Source: Utricularia gibba
Taxonomy: Eukaryota; Plantae; Magnoliophyta
NCBI GenBank assembly: GCA_002189035.1
Contig: NEEC01000008.1
Coordinates: forward strand, 682,001-746,000
DNA length: 64,000 nucleotides
Direction of reading: 5' to 3'
The notes under the pieces were generated by a model. It searched no databases. It was not told the DNA's origin and saw nothing but the letters and a program-made list of their open reading frames with translations. This document shows positions 52,552-64,000 of the stretch, piece after piece (position 1 is the stretch's first letter; each line of letters starts with the position of its first letter). The translations under genes and the position numbers were made by a program.

Positions 52552-53621
52552 TTAGACAAGAGCCTTGTAATGCTTCCACAATGGGTGTTCCTCATCTATT
52601 GGACGTTGACCTACCCGACGTCGATTGACGTACGTGGGTACATCCATGTTGTCAATGAGGGCTTTCAGGAACGACCTAATATCTCCCCTCGAACCAGCGA
52701 ACAATCATTCGCCGCGGTGTACTTGAATGTGGTTGGGAATATGGCATTTTCGGGCTGTTCAGTGAAAGTAAACAATCATCGGATGCAAGACGGTGGAGAA
52801 TGAGCGCTACCGAAAACTCACCGGATTGTGTAGTGACTTGTATGGCGCATCATCGATGAGAAGCATATTAACACGGTGATATTTGCCCTTGAACTCGGTG
52901 TTGGCGCCCATACATGATTCAACAGCTTAAGCTTAACCGTGTTGTTCCTGTTGTCGTGCATCGGATAGCCAGTGTCCACACACCTGGATCCATCCCATTG
53001 GAAGACGAGCTTGCTAGCTACTGCAGTCCCTAGTAACCACTGAATCACATCGTGCAATTGTTCACTGTCACACGTCGTCAGAAAAAAAAAATGTCAGTAG
53101 GAATGCGGACCCCCTTGTCTGCTAGGTGGTCAGTCTTACCGCCCTCTTGAAGACCAGATAGCGAGGTCAAAGTGTTCCATGCAAAATTGTATCAACTCAC
53201 ATGCACCTGGTCGAAGATACACTACAACCACAAGAAATAGTACTGACACATGAACCAAATATTAAATGCATATCAATGACATTGCATTACCGTTTCGCCC
53301 GTAAATGACGGCATCCGGCTTTGGCGCTCCCCATATGACTTCGCGAGGATACACAATGTCCGCAAGTACGCCATTCATGTCAAATATAAGCAACTTCCGT
53401 GGTGGGGCCGTGTTATCACTAGACAGTCCACCATATGGCCACCTTGCTTCATACCATGCAAGCCGACCACAAAGATCAAGATTCTCTGCGTACAGTCTCT
53501 CCACTTCGATATATTTTGCAGTGACAACACCACACCCGTCATCGTGAGTCCAGATCGGTGTTGGCGTGTCCGTGTTGCCCCTGACTTCTGGCTGCACATC
53601 TTCTTGCTCTTCATGGGTCAT
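52552..53621 (-). CDS. FCP1-homology / NIF (HAD-family) phosphatase-like gene, 4 exons, two 1-nt deficits as written
   Basis: Exons 53291-53621, 53140-53221, 52822-53064, 52552-52754 with GT-AG introns of 69, 75 and 67 nt. Motifs RKLLIFDMNGVLADIV, VYLRPGACELIQFCMEHFDLAIWSSR, KLVFQWD, NMLLIDDAPYKSLHNP, GGDIRSFL, GQRPI..HPLW. Confidence 0.8.
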
Positions 53622-54760
53622 CTCCTCAGGATCATCATTTGTACTCGTACGTTATCGACGGTGTCGAGGGGTTCCGCACCACAAATGTTGTGTCCTAGGG
53701 GCATTGACGAAGGGGGGCAAGACGTCCTCCAAGGACTTTGTTCTGCAAGAGAACAAATTCACGAACCTCCTTGCCGCACGTTTTGGCAACACCTCTATAC
53801 CTACAATGAAAACAGCAACAAACATGAGTACGGTTGCACAAGATGTGTGCAACACCGAAATTATTCTGTATGGTTACCTGATGGATGTCCTACATTCTCT
53901 AACACTGTCAACGTTGTTGGCCATTCTGCAGCGGTGGGTGGGCATACCCATACAAAACTGGTCCATCAATCATCATATGCACTTCTCACGTCTGTAACCA
54001 GAATCACACCATGTTTTCCATGAAGCGAGTAGTGTGGATCATTGGAGCCAACACCACGATCTTCAGTTGAGGTGCTTCCACATAGGCTTGTACGACACCA
54101 ACGTTGTGGGCAGCACCATGTGTTTCATCGTATCCGGTGCTCATAAAATTGAAGATTAGATGAGTGTGAAGCTGGTGCATAGTAGTGAGGGTATTTGGTA
54201 CTACAGCAAAGCGTCATTTGACCGAACACCGCGATCCGTAAACTCCGGTGCTTCTGTACGCTTGGGCTATGCTGCGTTCAGTGCTGCACCGAATGTTTCC
54301 TCGTATCCAGTGCTGTCAAATCTTAGAAGTAGATGTGTACGCAGCTCGTACATGTTAGCATGGGTGATTGGTAGTACAATAATACTCCATTTGACCAAAC
54401 ACCGCGATCCGTAATATGCGATGTTTCCAAATACCTGAGGTATGCTACACATTCCACAGCATCGCGAAAACCTAATCCGATGTTCTGAGTTCCAAAAACA
54501 AAATGCCATAAGATATTGCAGTTATCCAGCATTAAATGCGAAGGGCGGTTGACAACCGCCCAGCGCTATTAATACCCCCCTGCGCACAATAAAGACGCCT
54601 GACATTGTGCACTTTCCAAAATAACTTCATTAATTCTGCCATCCAACTCCACCCTTTCAGCAAACATGCAACAACACCACGAAAACAGTCTCCTCGGCAA
54701 CCTCTCTAGAACAGCGTCGCGACGGTAGACACCTTTGCCCTTTGCATTTCAAATTCTTCG

Positions 54761-55249
54761 TTGCCATTGTCGAGTAACACGTCTATTGTTTTCCAGATGT
54801 TGACATGTGAGAAACTACGTGTCCGCTTCTCAATTCCCGACGGTTACACGATGTGGGATAAACAGTCGGGCGAAACGTCGGACGGCGAACCACCATCCAG
54901 AGTTGGCGGTTCGGGATTCGCCGTCAGCACCGAGCACTTTCGGTGTGGATTGCGACTCCCCCCACCCCCTTTCTTAGTGCAAATACTTGCTGCACTTCAG
55001 ATCCCACTCTCCCACCTAACACCGCGTTATGTGGCACACGTTCTCGCATTTTTGCAGATCTGTGAAGAGGAGGACATAACCCCGGAAATGCATGTCTTCT
55101 TTGTGGTTTCTATTTGTGTCCAACGCAAGGGGGGTCCGCACTACTCGCTTCATGGAAAACCTGGTGTGGTACTGGTTATAGACGTGAGAAGCGCATATGA
55201 TGATTGGTGGACCAGTTTTGTATGGGTATGCCCACCCACCGCTGCATAA
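54761..55249 (+). CDS. Transposase_28 (PF04195, putative Gypsy-type transposon)-like ORF
   Basis: 162-aa open frame with LRVRFSIP, EHFRCGLRLP.PPFL..IL...IPLSHLTP...VLAF..IC, WWTSFVWV, resembling the antisense accessory domain of Tat/Athila-type Gypsy elements. Confidence 0.65.
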   Translation: MPLSSNTSIVFQMLTCEKLRVRFSIPDGYTMWDKQSGETSDGEPPSRVGGSGFAVSTEHFRCGLRLPPPPFLVQILAALQIPLSHLTPRYVAHVLAFLQICEEEDITPEMHVFFVVSICVQRKGGPHYSLHGKPGVVLVIDVRSAYDDWWTSFVWVCPPTAA

Positions 55250-55300
55250 TGGCCAACAACGTTGACAGTGTCAGAAAATGTGGGACACCCATGTCAGAGG

Positions 55301-57139
55301 ATGTTCAACATCCGGTGCCGTCTCTGGATATGAAACCTTGTGTCTAGACATGGTGCTTCGTAATATGCAGCACCAACACGGTGCTAGTCCATCACTTCTC
55401 GATAGCACCGCTGTGAATGTGGCGGTAGTTGCAGTACAATGTTTGCAAAAAAGTGCTCAAGAACGAAGCACCGCGCTTGTTCATACGCGGTGCTTCCACA
55501 TACGAAGTCAGAACACTGTCTACCCTTTGCAGTGCTCATACCAGTTTAAAGGAGGAAAAGAAGATGAAATACATCTAGTCCATAAGTCTAACATAAGGCG
55601 GAGCACCACACAACAGATTTAAGATCTACGTTCTGATGCTAAACCACGCACAATAAGCTCTCTTTCACAGTCACTGGAGGCAAGGAAGTAGCGCAACCTC
55701 GCAGGGTTGGAACTAATTGTCTCTGCTACGGTAAAACGTTCGATGGCAGTTAATTGCACCGACATATCTCTAATGATTTCACAGTCACCAACTCCCGCGC
55801 TTGCTGCACTACTGTTAATCCCAAGTGACATAGCTCTTCGCATGTGCGCACGTTAAGCTCCTTCATTTCTTTGATGAACTGCACATCATCGTCGATTCCC
55901 CTCGGTCCCCTGCCTCTTCGTCTAGTCCGCCGCGACGAGTCGGTGCTATTGTGTGGCTCGGAGTCCCTACTAGGTGTGACGTTCACACCCTCCACAGCGC
56001 AACCAATTGGGTCACAAGGTGTGTCAGCATACGAGAAGTTCATATCGTGTCCAGTGCTATCCGGGTCCAGAGGGCAATCCGAAGATACTTCCAGATTCTC
56101 CCCAACATCTTCCATGAATTTTCTCTTCCTGGTCCCGTGAACATAGCTCATTGTTTTTTCTCCATGTAATACGGCCACGCCTTGTGTCTTAGGGCGCGCA
56201 GTCTGGGTGCATGCTGACATAATAACACGGTCAGCACCGGATATAACACAGCGACAACAAGGCATATGTACCTGATCAATCTCCTTCCAAACCTCATCAT
56301 CTGCGTCTACGGTGTAGGTCAGCTCACTGAAACCGGTGCCCGACCTAGATAAAAAATCTACAAGGAGGTAGTAGTCTTTTTTCTAGGTATGCACCTTGCT
56401 AGATATATGCGGGTGTGCGCGAATGTCGGTTCTAGGGCGGAGTTTCAAGAACTCTGTCTCTAACGCTCAGTGATACCCACCCCTAAAACCATTCTCAATT
56501 TTCCAACCTTCTTTCACTATCTGCTTCAAAGCATGCAACAAGTCTTTCTCCTCGTCTGGCTTCTAGGCGCGTTTCGTTTTCTTGTGAGACTCTTCCACCA
56601 CGATTGGGCTGTGCATACCTGCAATCTGTGATAGAGGAAAGAAAAAAGCAAGAACAAAGCACCTACACCGAGCACTTACCACAAGTAAACCGTAAAATTC
56701 ACTCAAAATTCAACGGATTTCAAACGACAAACTCTGCGCAACGAAGAGAGTATACAAACTAGACTTAACCCATAGCTCTTCACTCTCAGTTACTTGTGAA
56801 ATCGAGAGATCTCGTCAACCGACAGCACCAAGACAACCGAGTGTGAAAGTCGGTGGACAAATTGGGAAAACTAGGTAATAAAGAGGAATATGTCTGATTG
56901 GTTAAGTCGGTGTGGAAGGCGGTGGACGAGTGTAAAAGGCTATATTGGTAAATTCTCATGAAAATTATGTATAAACCGAATTTTATACCCACCAACCAAA
57001 CGTGGGTTCATTTAAACCCAAATAATGTAAACCCATCAACCAAACATGATTTCTAAACCCTAAACCCACGAAACCGGGTTCCCTAAACCCAAATAAACTA
57101 AACCTGGGTTTAGGCCAAACTCAGCAACCAAACGCGCCC
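55301..57139 (-). repeat. Right inverted arm
   Basis: Reverse complement of 50565-52455. Confidence 0.9.
55619..56616 (-). pseudogene. Second Myb/SANT gene copy, inactivated
   Basis: Homologous to 51086-52130 but with premature stops at 56563-56565 (TGG>TAG), 56467-56469 (CGA>TGA) and 56383-56385 (TGG>TAG), plus a deletion near 56160 removing WQEIFGKDRVTG. Confidence 0.88.
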
Positions 57140-57565
57140 TTAGAGTTTGCAATAAGGTAGGATATTTGGCTGTTTTGAGACAGGTTTTGAGACTTTGAAA
57201 ATATTGAACAAAGGCAGAGAAGAATATTGGTTGCTTATGCAGTTACTTAGGGGGGGTACATGAATATTTGTAAGCGGAGAAACTAGTCGTTGTTGAAAAC
57301 TGTTGCACCAGTCTGTCCGTTACGTAGCCAGGCTACTAGAACAGTGGTCAGACTGAGTGGGCCGCTAGGAGTTGACAGCCCATCATGGTATTGGTTGGCC
57401 CAGAAGAGCAGAGTCCACTGTCTTTCCTACTTTCTGTCCAGATTGCTTCTTGGCGGGTGTTCTTCATAGCTGGGTCTTGTCTCTCGCGCAAGTTCTTAGA
57501 CACTTTCTCAGTCGGGTATTCTCCGGTCTTTGAGCCATCCTTCACCTCCATATCGATCACTGACA
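57140..57565 (-). repeat. 5' LTR of the Copia (bulk; its terminal TGTTA is displaced to 50560-50564)
   Basis: Aligns to 45448-45903 with substitutions and one internal deletion of about 22 bp. Confidence 0.93.
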
Positions 57566-58049
57566 TGGTTTAATATCTACTCATTGCATGTCTTTCACTA
57601 CTACTAATGTTCCAAAACACCCTTTGTCATCTTCATCTAAGGGTTGCACACCACACAATATAACAATTTCAGTCAAAAATATCAAAAATTATGCAAATCA
57701 AAAGATATTTATAAAGGAAATACTAGTTAGTCTTCCAATATTTGATAAGTTCAATATGTATCTAACTATTATAAACATTACATCTTCTAGCAAAGTGAAC
57801 CATTTGAAATTAATTCATCAATCTCTATAAAAGTCTCATAAATTTATCGCCATGATAATTCCACCATTCAATGATATTGAAAAATAATGTCTCAAGACAA
57901 CTTTTGAGCACTTTTCAATGTCAAACAATGTATCAATACTAAGTATAAACTTGTCATTTTAGCATAACTTAATAAAAATCAACAATATTATTGATGAGAC
58001 ACAATATTAAATAAAATAGTGGAACATGCAACAAATGAAACGCCAACTG

Positions 58050-58200
58050 AATTAAAGATTGAATTGTAATTTCAATCCACATTTAAAATGCTCTGTATTT
58101 ATATTAAAAGCATGGGAGCCAATATTGTGTGGTTCATCAGAAATTTTCTCACCATCTTTATTGTTTGATATTACACATTTTTTGGGGCCAAATTTGTGAA
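58050..58200 (-). pseudogene. Decayed relic of the same Transposase_28-like domain
   Basis: DGEKISDEPHNIGSHAFNINTEHFKCGLKL aligns with GETSDGEPPSRVGGSGFAVSTEHFRCGLRL of ORF 54761-55249. Confidence 0.5.
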
Positions 58201-60253
58201 GAAATTGTGTCAGAAGAATTAGATTTGTAAAGTAACTGGGTTTTAGATTAGCAATGTTTACAAAAATATTTGCAATATAGCTTAACATTCTAAATATATT
58301 GATTTGATATTGCTTTTCGAAATATTAATTAATTATAAATATTATTTATAATATTTAAATGAATTAAAATATTAAAAATATAGTTTATAAAATATTTTGC
58401 ATCATATTATATTTTAAATTAATATAATATTTTAATATATCAGTCGAATGCATAATATATCATTAATATAATATTTTAATAATTTTTTGATAATATTATT
58501 ATAAAAAATCACAATCCAATGTAATAAAATATACCATTTTAATATATAAAATATACACATAAAATTGTGTATGTTCTTAGTTATTTTACAAATAAAATTA
58601 AAAACCTCAGTTACTTTGAAAATATCATATTCAAATTAGTTACTTCGCCAACAATATTTACTGACATTAGTCATTTTCCCAATTTACTCCATTTTTTGAC
58701 ATCAGTCTATTTGTTTGATTTTATTTGCAATAATCATCAATTGTAATGAATGTTACAAATAAAATAGAACATAACAATATACATAAAATCAGTTATTAAT
58801 CAAAAAAATGTGAAAAAAATTGGAAAATAGTTGATAATGTAAAAAATGTAAACTAACTTTAAACAAAATCATTGGTTTTAAAAAATAAAAATATATTATA
58901 CTAATTTAATAAATTGATAATAAAAATTAAAGAAATTGTTATTAATCAATTCAAAAAGTCACAGAATATTTTTTTATATTTTAATATAAAAAATTAGGTA
59001 AAAATTTCGAAAAATTTGAAAAAAATTCTGTAAATTTTAAGGTCATCACCCTTAGTTGGTACTTCCATTTAAACTTGATCTACAAAAATATCAAATTTCA
59101 TTTATACATAAATTGGATTGAAAGTAGTCTTAATTGGAAATAATACTCAGACCTAGCATACAACTGAAGAAAAACTCTGAAAATTGAAATATTATTTAGA
59201 TTGCAGATTGTCTTGAGTTTATATTATAGACTAAAATTATTTATTCTAGTAAAGAATTTAATGGCATGATACAACTGAAACTTCGAATGCATAGTAGTAG
59301 TGATTCACACAATGAAACCAGTTAAATCTATCTATTTATTTGCAATAACTAAGACCAACTTTGGAATAAATAAAAAGAATGAAGCTGCATGATTGCAAAA
59401 TTTGTAAAAAGACAATATATTTATAAGGTAACAAAGCACAAATGTTGTGTCAACTCATCTAATGTATTGGTGTATGACTTAAGGTGCAAATAGGATCAAC
59501 ATATATTTTGTATTCAATCCATTTTTACTTTATGTAAAATTAATAATATATTGATTTTTAAATGATTATAGTGATTTAAAAATATTTTATAATGCAAATA
59601 ATGTAAATTTAATAATATATTGTTTATCTCTAATATGTAAATGCAAATAATGTAAATATATTATTAATTCTATGTGTTTATCTTTGCATACCCTTCCCAT
59701 TTTTTTTCTTTTTAAAATTTACTATCATTTATATTATAAATTAAGTAATGATTTTTAAAAACAGGGATGCCAAATTAGTGAATCTGCTAGGCAGTGATGC
59801 TCTAATCACTGGCCTGGGGTCATCTCTGTGCTGTCTAGGGACAGTTTCTTGCGAATCGCCCAATTTGATGGCTTCCCTGGGTCGGTGAATCTTGGATGCC
59901 GTTTCGTATTGGTTTTTCTCCCCCTCGGAGGCCCGGTTGATTTTTGTTGCCTCCGTTGGTTTCCCCTCCAATTTCAGTGCCTCTGTCGGCTGCCCGGCTC
60001 TTCCACAGGTGGGGTTGGGGTTTGGTTCGCGTTTTAATATGCTTGCCGGTGATTGATTCCTGATTTCCTCTTTGGTTGTTTGAATCACTTTGTAATCTAA
60101 GCCTTTGTGTATGGTCGATTAGTGGAATTTCGAGGGGCTTTCGTTGTAACTAATTCGGTGGTTCGCGCGTGATACTTACTTCCCTTGATTTATTGCATCA
60201 TGATACCCTGAAACTCTATGCAGATTGTAAACTGATGGTGAGTAACTGAAAAG

Positions 60254-64000
<3,747 letters not shown>

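Larger units (their letters stand above)
50565..57139. mobile_element. Non-autonomous PIF/Harbinger derivative with about 1.9-kb inverted arms and captured cargo
   Basis: Ends GGGCGCGTTTG...CAAACGCGCCC. TTA TSD at 50562-50564 and 57140-57142. Removing it restores the LTR end TGTTAGAGTTTGC. No DDE transposase motifs seen. Confidence 0.92.
45446..57565 (-). mobile_element. Ty1/Copia LTR retrotransposon (degenerate) with a 6.6-kb insertion in its 5' LTR
   Basis: TSD TGGTT at 45441-45445 and 57566-57570. LTRs TG...CA. PPT GAGGAGGAA (plus 45904-45912). gag-PR-INT-RT-RH at 45940-50476. Confidence 0.95.

Noticed and set aside
55465-55496. GC-rich hairpin as a Helitron 3' end
   Set aside because: No CTRR terminus follows on either strand, and it is mirrored in the other arm.
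59741-60088. 115-aa minus-strand ORF and a small CAGTGAT hairpin upstream of CUL1
   Set aside because: Antisense to the probable CUL1 leader and promoter, with no domain. The hairpin is short.

Overview
Eudicot-like plant nuclear DNA: compact host genes with short introns, interleaved with nested transposons. Host genes: RPL29 (5-nt frameshift), a TRM/DUF4378 gene, a type-B ARR, a PMEI-PME pectin methylesterase, FAHD1 head-to-head with DHODH, an uncharacterised plant protein, and the 5' part of CUL1. Mobile elements: three degenerate Copia pieces, a solo LTR, an old PIF/Harbinger, a Tat-type Gypsy with a spliced antisense ORF, and a 12.1-kb Copia carrying a tRNA-Trp-like PBS. The most unusual object is a 6.6-kb PIF/Harbinger derivative (50565-57139, TTA TSD) inserted in that Copia's 5' LTR. 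It has about 1.9-kb inverted arms, each with a Myb/SANT gene, and no transposase. Its spacer carries a 4-exon FCP1/NIF-type phosphatase-like gene and a Gypsy-derived Transposase_28-like ORF. Several conserved host genes show single-base deficits in short runs, probably assembly errors. The same error type accounts for both frameshifts in the captured phosphatase, so that gene may be intact. All protein-family calls come from motif recognition by eye, with no database search.
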